From Basidiobolus meristosporus CBS 931.73 (taxonomy: Eukaryota; Fungi; Basidiobolomycota): a stretch of 62,592 nt of DNA. The DNA lies in assembly GCA_002104905.1 (NCBI GenBank), contig MCFE01000523.1, positions 1 to 62,592 of the forward strand, read 5' to 3'. Below, piece after piece: positions 37,204-49,412 of the stretch. Every line of letters starts with the position of its first letter. Within the stretch, counting starts at the first letter, position 1. The position numbers were made by a program, and so were the translations under genes. The notes beneath the pieces were generated by a model. The model ran no database searches, was not told the DNA's origin, and saw nothing but the letters and a program-made list of their open reading frames with translations.

Positions 37204-38986
37204 GGTCGTCAATTGGAAAGGTTCTGAGTTTCAACAGGGAAGAATGGGGAGCATTATATAGGCAGCTTTTTCGAATCATCGACAGCGCCGCTCATCTCCC
37301 ACGGAAAAACGAAGCTCCATTGCAGCTAATTTTAAGGTTATCAAAGATACCGAAGCGAAGAATCAGTCAACACGATATATCGAGATGCGAATGAATGCTG
37401 AACCAAATTGGCTATCCAATACCCCAAAAGCCTTATTCCAATGAGTGGCCAATATCGTGACACGCACATTCGAAGCATTCGTATGTACCATGAACTGGGA
37501 ATCTTGAAATTCGAGTGTCGTAAAGGAACTAAGCAAATGAACCCCCATTTGGACTAAGTTCCCGGTAGGTGAATCAGCTTTTCTAGCCTCAGGGCAGCCC
37601 GCATTGTTGATGAGTCAACCATTCTTAATTTAACTGAACGTACTTCGACTTGAGTGATGTTCGGTTGATATCTCTCGGAAATAGCAACAAACATGGCCGC
37701 CAAGCCATCATTGAACTGGTAAACATTCATTGATTAACCAAAAGCTTCATATCCAAATGACTGGGCGGTGCTATCCTCTGCTGTCTCTCCGTACAATTTG
37801 AGTAAGCTGGTGGAGCAGAGCAAATCATTGAGTACATCCTATATGGATAAATATTAAAGAGTCTAGGGGCTAAGTGGCCAGATATAGTTGACGGTATGCT
37901 TTTGCTGCTAGTGCATCAGAAACACGTACTTACAAGTGATGATTTTCGCCTATCCTATCTACCAACTGGTTTGTAGCTGCATGATCATCATAAATGGACG
38001 AATAGAGCGAATGCAACTCTATCTTACGCTAGATGAACCGATGATCATCTATCTTGTACTCAGGCTATCAGCTGAATGGTTATTAGTTTTAAACTTGGTG
38101 GTTGGAAGGAGTAAGAGAGCATATTATGGCTGGTTGGTTAGACTAAGATAACATGATTCTTTTTTCCTCGTGATTTTTCAAAGCCAGCTGTTGAGTTTCT
38201 TGACTCTAGGCTCTCGAAAGTAGTCTATATTATTTGAGTCTCCAGGCGAACCTTGCAAGGATATTCAGCAAGAGGCTTATCTCGAGGGAATATTCATAGA
38301 AAAGCCTAAACATACTTCCGATAATATGCAAATTTGAAAGTCAGATATATATTACTGTCTGACAATGCATTATCCTTCTAGCTGCTAGCTTACAATGCAA
38401 CCTTAGCATTAAATAGTTATTTGGCATTATAACACTTGCAGATAGTACACTCTGGGTACTTGGAAATCGATGCTACAGGAAGCAATGATATGACCCTTGT
38501 AGAAAACTGAAGGATCCCATTGGAACACAGCATGAGAATCAACAAATATTCAACCTAAAGATAGCTTATATGCTAAAGAAAATGCTGCTAGGGGCTATCT
38601 TTGAGCAGAATTCTGTGCGCAGTATGTAGGCCTTTAGATATGCTATCCTTGTGCCTTTTGTTAAGCCGAGCTGCTGGTTCTCTGGTAGGGTATAAAGGAT
38701 ACAAAATCTTTGGCTGTATGTAGGGTGGAATGCCATCACAAGCCAGGAGTGGAAAGGTATGAGAACCATAAAAAAATCCACTTATAGCTATTATTGGAGT
38801 AGGGTACTTACACTAAGTACATGCTTGAAACTCCTGACTGGATTCCAATATTACTATATCCACTGATCCGGTGGTTTCTATTTTAGCTAATCTGTGTGCA
38901 GTTGTGGCATAGCCAGAAATGTCTGCCACTATAGCTACTGATATATTCAATATACTCTTGGTATCTTGTGTATCACAGCCTTAAAT

Positions 38987-39280
38987 TGCTGTGTGAGTCT
39001 TGGAGATATTGGGGTGATTGGGAAACAAGATAGATTAAGGGAGTTTCACTTAATATTTTATTGAATGTAAGAATGCCATATATCCTTTTACATATTCTTG
39101 GCAACAAAAATTGATACAGCATATTTAGGAAGGTTTCACAAGCATGTGCATAAAGTTAGAGGGCTTTTGAACAACTTAACAAACCTTCATATTCAGGGCA
39201 CCTGATATTTTGGAGAAAATATTCCGGGTCACCCCCGACAAAGATTACTCTTCATTAGCAAGGATACAAAATTTACAACA
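38987..39280 (-). repeat. Degenerate solo LTR with TSD TAAAT
   Basis: TGCTG..CAACA ends. TAAAT at 38982-38986 and 39281-39285. Internal match to the LTR consensus with a deletion. Confidence 0.8.
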
Positions 39281-39448
39281 TAAATACCATATTCTGTGGT
39301 GCAAATAAATAGTTTATCACCATGATTCTCATTAAGCTATTTCATAGATGGCCTAGTAAGATTACTAATTCCAATAGCATCAGCTATCTATCCAGCAAGA
39401 TAAATTTGGAAACATCATGATTTGTCAATTATAAAGGACCTTACTTCA

Positions 39449-39751
39449 GTTGGGAGTATTACGGTATCGGATGTGATTGGGAAAACTAGTCATTTATGTG
39501 GTTTTCACTAAATAATTAATGGAATGCAAATGGGGCACTTATACAAACACACACAATGTGCTTAGCAAGTATTCGAAAACTTTTGTGCCAAGTGTGAGTC
39601 TTGTGGACAACTTTAAGAATATTGTATTCTGAGTTTCTTACATTTTAGTGAAAAGTATTTCAAACAACATCCAGCCGAGATTTTAACCAGAAATGAAGTC
39701 CATAAACCAAGTCAATGTATATTTACAATTGTAAATACAAAATTCACAACA
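39449..39751 (-). repeat. Highly degenerate copia LTR
   Basis: GTGATTGGGA..TATGTGGTTTTCACT..GGACAACTTT..AAATTCACAACA. Left end approximate. Confidence 0.65.
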
Positions 39752-41442
39752 CTCGCAAGCACTTCAATATTGTGAAATGTAGTATCTCAAGTTCAAGGAA
39801 CTACTTGTATGAATAAAAAATGGATAATCAGCATAATGATTTCCCTGTCCAGCCAGATTTCGAGACAACTACAGAGATGGGAAGCAATTCACTGCGACTT
39901 GACTCAAGTGTATTTCTTACGCATATTTTGGAGCAATACCATGGTCTGGCTGAGAATCCAACCCAGGACCTCCTTCCCTTTCGCAAGGCAACCACTAAGC
40001 AATCAGCTCTTATCAACCATCGCTTATTTTCTAGATGCTCATACACTAGATTTGGGGGGGGGTTTGGGAAATTTCGCTAACTTCCTTTCACTTCGGTTCT
40101 TTCGCAATCAGCAAATTTGATAAAATTATTCCATCAAAAGCTCTTGATCCAAATTAATTTCGAAATATTTCTCCAAGTAAATTATTTATTATACGAATAA
40201 TGACTGAATAACTAATAGAACCACATGTAGATAGTCTAGACCAGAATACTTTGCGTGTATATACTCACTCAATACCGTTTTATTTGGCTTACATCAACTA
40301 AATAAGCAATTGATTTTACATATCGTATCTACATAACGGTTGGTTTTGTTTGCAATAATTCTCCGATATGGGATAGGGCCCAGATCCAGGCTAATCATAA
40401 TTTAGTGGTCTAAATACCATTACGCTTCGTATATTAATTTCTAGGGTCTACTCAACAAAAAGCAATCAAATGTTGTTTATTCAACATATCGCGAAGAGTA
40501 AATGTTCATCACGTTACTTCAGGCACTCCCAGTCCGCCGCAAATAGAAGCAATTACGTAAATTCCATAGATTTCCTGCGACTTATTGCCCAATAATAGCA
40601 GTGCTACGATACTAAGTATTCTGGGTCCCCATGAAATTTGACTATCCCGATTAGGTATAGACCCGGTTGGATACTGTTGTGAATAACGATTAGAATAGAC
40701 AGTGGGTATCATCGACCCAGGGCATCTTTATTCAACTCTGCTATTCAACAGTGGTACGATGATATTCATAATTTTCACATGGACTTTCAATCTTTATCAT
40801 CATAAGCCTGTGACCATCACTATTACTTGCAGTTTAGACACCAGGACCCAAACTGGTACAGCAATCTTATCTTGAGAGTGTGAAATATCCACATTCTCGG
40901 TAATGCAGCTATTGTAGTAGGAATCAATTCAAGACCCAACAGATTGTGTAAATATTTGTTTTCAATTCGGAAAAATGAATCGCACCGGATTACCATAATA
41001 GAATCCGTCTGGACCAAAAAGGCATCGAACCAGATCGACTAACCAGATTGATACAGCAGAAATAATAATTTGGTAAAAATTGACATCTGATGTCGCGAGT
41101 ACGAGGATGAGGCTCACATTGCCATACTAACCAGCTTTGTCATATCTACTTTCGACAATATCGCCAAGCACTGTGGTATATTTATTTATAGCATTCTATT
41201 ACATTCAATATACACTACACTTGTAGATAACACACAAAAGTGGCATCGAAAGTTTATGAAAAACAAATAATGAGTGGCTGAAAAGATCATGTACCCTGGA
41301 AATTGTCACGACCACTCCTAAAAACCGCGCTTACCTAGTGGCAGGAGCACTTAAAATAAGCGAGCGATTTGTATATAAGTGAAGCGAGGGTACCTTCACA
41401 TGCTCAAGACAAGTCTTCCATTCAATATTCGCTCATTTCACA

Positions 41443-43032
41443 ATGGGTCTTCTGCAAAATCGATTTGTTAAAATCACAGCCATAACCATTGTGGTGGTTG
41501 GCCTCCTGTGTCTTATCATCATCACACCAATAGTCCAACACGACAAGCATCATCGTCACGATGGAAAGGATTACAAAGAAAATGCCTCGATCGAGCTGAA
41601 GAATCACGCTACTAAGGAGAGCACCGCTTCGGCCGTAGTCTCCAGCGCCAGCACAACCTCTGGCTCGGCATCCAGTACCGTGTCGAGCTCATCTTCCGCG
41701 AGTGCATCCTCAAGCTCCTCAACTTTGTCTTCGTCCTCCTCCACTTCTAGCACCCGCACCACCACCAGTTCTTCGGCCTCCCCTACACCCACGTACGCCA
41801 AGTGGATTGATGAGGACACTCCACAGGAGTTCCGAACCAAATCCATTGGTGGACAGAACTTCACTCTGGTATTCTCGGATGAGTTCAACACACCTGGCCG
41901 CCAATTCGCTGAGGGTAAGGATCCCAAGTGGACTGCTGTGGACCTCTGGTATTGGCCAACAGACGATCTGGAATGGTACAATCCTGAAGCGGTGACCACC
42001 TCTGACGGAAGTATGAAGATCAGAATTACCAAGGAGCAGATCAATGGCAAGGACTACAAGAGTGGAATGGTCCAAAGCTGGAACAAGTTCTGCTTTACCG
42101 GGGGAATACTCGAGGTCAACGTGTCGCTCCCTGGCAAGGGCAACGTCTTTGGCTTCTGGCCAGGCATTTGGACCATGGGCAACTTGGGCAGAGCCGGATA
42201 TGGAGCCACCACCGATGGTACCTGGCCCTACACCTATGATACTTGTGACAGCGCCGTCGGCCCTGACCAGGACTTGCCATACAAGCTATCTAAGCTTCCG
42301 GGCCAGAAGCTCAACAAATGCGTCTGCCCAGGCCAAGACCACCCCAACCCAGGAACCGGCCGTGGTGCTCCAGAGATCGATATATTTGAAGCAGCTGGTG
42401 CGTACAAACGGAGCGGCCTTGGCACTGTGTCCATGTCTGACCAGATCGCCCCCTTCAACCACGACATGAAGGTGAATGAGAAGTTCGTCACTCTCTACAG
42501 CCCAGACGCCCATAAGAACTCTTACATTGGTGATCCATTGCAACAATGTGTCTCAGCCATCAACACTGTGCCCCTGGATGCCTACGAAGGCAAGGCTTTC
42601 CAGACATACTCGTTTGAGTATGTACCAGGACCCACCGGGTACATCATTTGGAGAATCAATGATCAGCCCATTTGGAGACTGGATGCCGCAGCCATCGGAC
42701 CTGATCCCATCTCCAAGGTGGCCCAAAGACTGATCAGTGCCGAGCCAATGTCGATTATCATGAACCTGGGATTCTCGCATTCTTGGGGCTGGCTTGATTT
42801 CTCGTTGATTGAGTTCCCTAGCACCATGTGGATCGACTACGTTCGTGTCTATCAGCTTCCGGATAAGATCAACGTTTCTTGCGATCCCCCGGATTACCCA
42901 ACCGCCAAGTATATCCAGCAACATCCGAATGCTTACAACAACCCCACCCCTAGAACTTGGAAGGAAGCTGGGTACGAATTCCCCGCCTATAATGTCAACG
43001 GTGTCTGCCCCGGTACCAACAAAACCTTATAA
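41443..43032 (+). CDS. KRE6: KRE6/SKN1 beta-1,6-glucan synthesis-associated GH16-like protein, copy 1 (529 aa)
   Basis: Type II TM, Ser/Thr stalk, LVFSDEFN, SGMVQSWNKFCFTGG, WPGIWTMGNLGRAGY, GRGAPEIDIFE (ExDxxE), EPMSIIMNLG and DYVRVYQ. Confidence 0.95.
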   Translation: MGLLQNRFVKITAITIVVVGLLCLIIITPIVQHDKHHRHDGKDYKENASIELKNHATKESTASAVVSSASTTSGSASSTVSSSSSASASSSSSTLSSSSSTSSTRTTTSSSASPTPTYAKWIDEDTPQEFRTKSIGGQNFTLVFSDEFNTPGRQFAEGKDPKWTAVDLWYWPTDDLEWYNPEAVTTSDGSMKIRITKEQINGKDYKSGMVQSWNKFCFTGGILEVNVSLPGKGNVFGFWPGIWTMGNLGRAGYGATTDGTWPYTYDTCDSAVGPDQDLPYKLSKLPGQKLNKCVCPGQDHPNPGTGRGAPEIDIFEAAGAYKRSGLGTVSMSDQIAPFNHDMKVNEKFVTLYSPDAHKNSYIGDPLQQCVSAINTVPLDAYEGKAFQTYSFEYVPGPTGYIIWRINDQPIWRLDAAAIGPDPISKVAQRLISAEPMSIIMNLGFSHSWGWLDFSLIEFPSTMWIDYVRVYQLPDKINVSCDPPDYPTAKYIQQHPNAYNNPTPRTWKEAGYEFPAYNVNGVCPGTNKTL

Positions 43033-45602
43033 GGAATATCTTTCCCGATATATAGAATCATAACTATTACATTATCCACTTCGTTTCCCGTACATTAGAT
43101 CCCCAATACTATGAATTAATAATAAAGCATTGCATCAATAATACCGATTACTTTTATGAGAAGTTAGGATGCTCCACATCCATCTTATTGATGAAAAGCT
43201 AAATGACATCAAGTATAACATCTGTAGCTCTGAAAAGGATATTTATCTTACATAATTTCGGCTGAGTAATAAGTTAGCGTACCATACGAAATGCTTCATA
43301 ACTTTCTTCACCAGATGAATGCTTGGTTGCCTAATTGTAATGATATAGTAACGTGACATTCTCAAGCAAATCAAATATATGGCACTTAAAGCCTAGAGTA
43401 AATCTATATTCATCGCTACCAATGGTATACCGTCAGTAAGTGCTGACGTAAAGCCGTAAGGGGATGTGAAGCCACTGAGTTTCCCCATTTATAAAGCAGT
43501 AATTTTAAAGACATTTGAGTTAACACTTCGATGAGATAAATAGCAATTGACTGGTATGGCTTGCTGCTCCACCAGCACTGAATCTCATTGACATAATATC
43601 CAAAGTTTTTCGTCTTCATCCAAGCACATGATGAGGTACTTTTTTCTGATGATCACTGTTTACGGAATTACATATACAACGCGATACTCGTCATCCCGGA
43701 AGAAATTCATCACTCTTCCAGTTCTATAGATTTACCTATTGCTGTGGGTGAGAGTGCACCTATCGAACCCCTCTTGTCGCTTACAACAACTTAGTCAATC
43801 ATGCACATGTGGGCATTAACCTTATGATAACGCCAAATTTCAAAGATTTTAGTTTTGCTCGGCACGAGCTAGAAATAGGGAATTGCAAAGCAGTTACCAT
43901 AACAGGAATTACCAAAAGAGTATTTGAAGTACTTCGGCGTAGTAAAAGAAAGCCCGCCATTCATCCAAGTCAACGACCCCGTTTTATCACTGATCAACTT
44001 GTTGAGGTGTCTAATACCTTCCCAGATGTATGGATATCAGCCTTTTACGATACAGCTCCGATCTAGCACTTCTGAAGTTCATTGGCATTGTTTCATTTTA
44101 CCGCCGGGAGCAGTTTTCAAAGTTCTATCACTATTTCTTGAACATATGTATCTCGAGTACACCTTTATTGTCTACCTCAAAAAAGTTGACTAACTTTTAT
44201 ATAGGAGCTATAGGTTCACTCTGTACGTACGCCGGGAGTTTACATACTATCTCCTGAGAAGCAAGATTTTTGAGATCCAACTAGTCGACTTATTACCTAT
44301 TGCGGTTGTCATTGAGCTTTAGACTAGCGCTTGGAGTTACCAGTGTATAGTGACAAGCAAATCAGTTATTTCTTCGATACTACTTGGAGGTTCATATAAA
44401 ATGATACAAACCAAAAGTGAAAGCACTAAGCATGAAGCAAAATATTCTACCCAACCTTGCACTTAGGGGGTACTATTCTAGTACTCAAGAATTCTGAAGA
44501 ATTAACCAGACATCATAAAAACAAATTTTCGAAATCCAAATAAATCTCCAAAACATTCCGTAAACCTAATTTAAGTAAAATGCGATACCTTAAACCAAGC
44601 GTAAATAGGCGCAGCTATGAGTATATCTTAAGTAAATATTCGGGATTAACTGCTCAATAAGCGCAGTAGTGTGTTTACAGCCACATATTGATATTTTAGA
44701 ATTCGTAAACGAGATAGCTATTTGGCCCTTGTATAGAATGAAGATAGGCCATTTTAGAACTCAAGATCCTCCGAATAGGAACAGCCAATGGTTGGAAAGA
44801 TTAGATTAGATACATGATATTTTTATATATGAAATAGATTGCTATTCAACATAATGATGATTCCTTTCCATTAAAAATATACTTGTAGAAGTCAACTTAA
44901 TCTATATCACCCTTGTTCACTCAATCCGTGCCAAAATCCCCCTGTATTATTCACATCGTGAACAATCGCTACAAAATCTCCTGACACATCCAAGCACACC
45001 CGCAATTTCAGGTTTGCTCTTCTAGATTTCCTATAAAACCTGTCACCACCACTAGTGTCAGCAGTTTAGACTCCAAGGCCAAAATAGGTATGGTGATCCT
45101 ATCATCGAATGTGCAAATATTCATGTTCCCGGTATTGAGCGATTGTTGTAGAAATCAGTCTAGACCAAAAAGAAATCGAACCCAGATTGACTAACCATAT
45201 TGATGCACTGGGACTAACTATCCAGATTAGTATGAAATGGTTGTATCTGGTATCGCAAGTGTGAGGATGAGCCTCACATTGCCATACTAACCAGCTTTGT
45301 CATATCTACTTTCGACAATATCGCCAAGCGCTGTGGTATATTTATTTATAGCTTCCTATTACATTCAATATACACTACACTTGTAGATAACACACAAAAG
45401 TGGCATCGAAAGTTTATGAAAAACAAATAATGAGTGGCTGAAAAGATCATGTACCCTGGAAATTGTCACGACCACTCCTAAAAACCGCGCTTACCTAGTG
45501 GCAGGAGCACTTAAAATAAGCGAGCGATTTGTATATAAGTGAAGCGAGGGTACCTTCACATGCTCAAGACAAGTCTTCCATTCAATATTCGCTCATTTCA
45601 CA

Positions 45603-47192
45603 ATGGGTCTTCTGCAAAATCGATTTGTTAAAATCACAGCCATAACCATTGTGGTGGTTGGCCTCCTGTGTCTTATCATCATCACACCAATAGTCCAACA
45701 CGACAAGCATCATCGTCACGATGGAAAGGATTACAAAGAAAATGCCTCGATCGAGCTGAAGAATCACGCTACTAAGGAGAGCACCGCTTCGGCCGTATTC
45801 TCCAGCGCCAGCACAACCTCTGGCTCGGCATCCAGTACCGTGTCGAGCTCATCTTCCGCGAGTGCATCCTCAAGCTCCTCAACTTTGTCTTCGTCCTCCT
45901 CCACTTCTAGCACCCGCACCACCACCAGTTCTTCGGCCTCCCCTACACCCACGTACGCCAAGTGGATCGATGAGGACACTCCACAAGAGTTCCGAACCAA
46001 ATCCATTGGTGGACAGAACTTCACTCTGGTATTCTCGGATGAGTTCAACACACCTGGTCGCCAATTCGCCGAGGGTAAGGATCCCAAGTGGACTGCTGTG
46101 GACCTCTGGTATTGGCCAACAGACGATCTGGAATGGTACAATCCTGAAGCGGTGACCACCTCTGACGGAAGTATGAAGATCAGAATTACCAAGGAGCAGA
46201 TCAATGGCAAGGACTACAAGAGTGGAATGGTCCAAAGCTGGAACAAGTTCTGCTTTACCGGGGGAATACTCGAGGTCAACGTGTCGCTCCCTGGCAAGGG
46301 CAACGTCTTTGGCTTCTGGCCAGGCATTTGGACCATGGGCAACCTGGGCAGAGCCGGATATGGAGCCACCACCGATGGTACCTGGCCCTACACCTATGAT
46401 ACTTGTGACAGCGCCGTCGGTCCTGACCAGGACTTGCCATACAAGCTATCTAAGCTTCCGGGCCAGAAGCTCAACAAATGCGTCTGCCCAGGCCAAGACC
46501 ACCCCAACCCAGGAACCGGCCGTGGTGCTCCAGAGATCGATATATTTGAAGCAGCTGGTGCGTACAAACGGAGCGGCCTTGGCACTGTGTCCATGTCTGA
46601 CCAGATCGCCCCCTTCAACCACGACATGAAGGTGAATGAGAAGTTCGTCACTCTCTACAGCCCAGACGCCCATAAGAACTCTTACATTGGTGATCCATTG
46701 CAACAATGTGTCTCAGCCATCAACACTGTCCCCTTGGATGCCTACGAAGGCAAGGCTTTCCAGACATACTCGTTTGAGTATGTACCAGGACCCACCGGGT
46801 ACATCATTTGGAGAATCAATGATCAGCCCATTTGGAGACTGGATGCCGCAGCCATCGGACCTGATCCTATCTCCAAGGTGGCCCAAAGACTGATCAGTGC
46901 CGAGCCAATGTCGATTATCATGAACCTGGGATTCTCGCATTCTTGGGGCTGGCTTGATTTCTCGTTGATTGAGTTCCCTAGCACCATGTGGATCGACTAC
47001 GTTCGTGTCTATCAGCTTCCGGATAAGATCAACGTTTCTTGCGATCCCCCGGATTACCCAACCGCCAAGTATATCCAGCAACATCCGAATGCTTACAACA
47101 ACCCCACCCCTAGAACTTGGAAGGAAGCTGGGTACGAATTCCCCGCCTATAATGTCAACGGTGTCTGCCCCGGTACCAACAAAACTTTATAA
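45603..47192 (+). CDS. KRE6: KRE6/SKN1 protein, copy 2 (529 aa)
   Basis: Same motifs. Differs from copy 1 by one residue (V66F). Offset 4160 bp. Confidence 0.95.
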   Translation: MGLLQNRFVKITAITIVVVGLLCLIIITPIVQHDKHHRHDGKDYKENASIELKNHATKESTASAVFSSASTTSGSASSTVSSSSSASASSSSSTLSSSSSTSSTRTTTSSSASPTPTYAKWIDEDTPQEFRTKSIGGQNFTLVFSDEFNTPGRQFAEGKDPKWTAVDLWYWPTDDLEWYNPEAVTTSDGSMKIRITKEQINGKDYKSGMVQSWNKFCFTGGILEVNVSLPGKGNVFGFWPGIWTMGNLGRAGYGATTDGTWPYTYDTCDSAVGPDQDLPYKLSKLPGQKLNKCVCPGQDHPNPGTGRGAPEIDIFEAAGAYKRSGLGTVSMSDQIAPFNHDMKVNEKFVTLYSPDAHKNSYIGDPLQQCVSAINTVPLDAYEGKAFQTYSFEYVPGPTGYIIWRINDQPIWRLDAAAIGPDPISKVAQRLISAEPMSIIMNLGFSHSWGWLDFSLIEFPSTMWIDYVRVYQLPDKINVSCDPPDYPTAKYIQQHPNAYNNPTPRTWKEAGYEFPAYNVNGVCPGTNKTL

Positions 47193-47701
47193 GGAATATC
47201 TTTCCCGATATATAGAACTATTACTATTATAATATTCACTTTGTTTCCTATACACTATGTCCCACTACTCCTCAATCAATCGCTAAAGCTTCGCATAATT
47301 GTTGTCACATTACCCTCTATCAGCTCTTTATCCGTTAATTTTTCTATCCGTGATCAATTGACGAAAGTATTTTTATTCACGAAAGAGAAATAAAAATTAC
47401 AATACCAAGTAACTTCGGGGATTAGCAGTCCAAAGGGTACACTCACTGTGAGAATGCAGCCTTTAGTAATAAAGGTGCATGAAGAACTAGGTGAGGAACG
47501 CCGGTGTAGGAGAGATTGTTTGTAAACAATCGCGGAATTCCATGTTCATTATCACCAAAGATTCATAAAATGATAGCAAACTCTGAATTGAAATGTACTT
47601 GGGTATATTTTTATTAGTGATCTGATACGTTTTGGAGTACTCGAGGGTTATTATGATATTCACTTGCTTAGCTATCCTATAGGCCAGGTCTGGGTAAAAC
47701 A

Positions 47702-48045
47702 TGTTGTAAATTTTATATTTACCTAAATATTTCATTTACTTAGCTACTTAGATCAAAGTTTATGAACCTTACATTTTCTTGCCCAAATTCTTTGTTGTGA
47801 TTTACTTGGAATATTTTCACCAAAGTGTCAAGTACCCAGAACACGAGAACTCGATAAGTTGTCCAAGAGCCCCCAAGCTCTGCACACTTGTTGTTGGGAC
47901 CTTCCTAGTTATTTTGTATATAATTGCTCCGTCAGAACCATGTCAAAGTATAAATATCACCTTTACGTTCAATAAATCATTAATTGAAAACCACATAATC
48001 TACCTATTTTCCCAATTACTTCATAATATACTAGCTCTCACAGCA
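47702..48045 (+). repeat. Solo copia LTR (near-TSD AAACA/AAGCA)
   Basis: TGTTGTAAA..CAGCA ends. Alignable to the LTR consensus throughout. Confidence 0.8.
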
Positions 48046-48477
48046 AAGCACACACGGTGAGCATGGCCAAGGAGTTCACGAGAGCACATGGGCAATAGTT
48101 GGAGCTGTTTATACACTTTTGGTATCTAGTGTTTGGGAGTAATTACTCCAAGTAATCCCTGTTGAAAAGCCATTTTTTGCACGAATCCATTTTTGGTTAT
48201 TACTGTTATGATTATTTGGTAGAACGCTTAAATCAATCAATAGTTTAAGTTTTGACTTATCTAATTGAGATGTTTGCAATCGTTGACTATAGTTTTAGTT
48301 CATTAGTATGCCAGAAGTTATCCAAACTATCGGCCTCATCAAAATGCTCCAAACTTTGTCCATCACTTCTGTAAATCGTGTTCTCCATCTCTCTATCCTA
48401 ACGGAGTTGTATAGTAGAGTTGAGTAACAGACTTGTTCCGTTGGATAGTGCCACATAGTGACAGATCAATTGGGCAC

Positions 48478-48823
48478 TGTTGTGAATTTTGTAATTACAC
48501 CTGAACATTCACCCAACTTAGTGACTTAGATCCTTGTCTACGAATCTTTGAGAAATTTGATGTTCTGAGCACCTGCTTTTTGGTGAAAATATTCTCAGTA
48601 AATTCCGACAAGGAATTTGGCCAAAATTCTCTAAGCTGTTCAAGCAGCCCCAAACTTTGCACACATGTTCTTGGGACCTTCCTAAACATATTCTACGTGC
48701 TTGTTTTGCTAAGATCATGTAAAAGTCTTTTTACTACTCTACATTCAATGAATCATTATGTGAAGACCACATAATCTAGTTGTTCTCCCAATCACTTTCA
48801 ATATCTCCAAAAATCTTACAACA
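48478..48823 (+). repeat. Copia LTR with an internal 90-bp inversion
   Basis: TGTTG..CAACA ends. Flanks match the consensus in one orientation and 48546-48635 in the other. No TSD. Confidence 0.85.
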
Positions 48824-49069
48824 ATCTCAACAAAGAGTAAAGCTCATAAGTAGAGACTTAAGTGACCAAATGTTTAAGTATTATCTGAAATATAGACCTA
48901 TAGTACCAAACAGTGAAAGGACTGTTGTGTTCATTCAAAATTTGAAATTCATGTATGGTGCTTGTACTTCTGAGTAAGTGATGTAGGATATACTATAGGA
49001 TCTCTATGATAGCCATTTCCAGGTGCTGTCTTCAGATTTTGAGATCTTGTGGGCTCTAGTGCTTTTGCG

Positions 49070-49412
49070 TGTTGAAAATTTTGTATTTACACCTAAGTAT
49101 TCGCCTTACCAAGTTACTTAGAGCATTACATACAGGTCTTAGAGAATTTTAGCCCAAATTCCTTGTTGGGATTTACTCGGAATATTTTCACCAAAACATC
49201 AGGTACTCAGAACATGAAGTATCTCAAAGTTGCGCAAGCAGCCCCAAACTCAGTATACATACTCTTGGGACCTTCCTTAGCACATTCTATAGGCTTCCTA
49301 GATAAAATGTACAAATAAATGCAACTATTACATTCAATATAACAATTAAGTGAAAAGCACCAACCTACTAGTTCTCCCAATCACTTCCAATTTCACCAGA
49401 ACTCTTACAACA
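49070..49412 (+). repeat. Solo copia LTR (near-TSD TTGCG/TTGCT)
   Basis: TGTTG..CAACA ends. Collinear with the consensus. Confidence 0.85.

Noticed and set aside
43400-44300. Protein-like fragments between KRE6 copies 1 and 2 (e.g. YPYIWEGIRHLNK..YFKYSFGNSCYG); similar fragments at 49.7-51.3 kb
   Set aside because: They are short, stop-interrupted and match no family I can name, so there is not enough to call a pseudogene.
47702-49412. Three same-orientation LTRs within 1.7 kb as a TRIM/mini-element
   Set aside because: There is no PBS after or PPT before any of them, and two have their own near-TSDs. They are independent solo LTRs.
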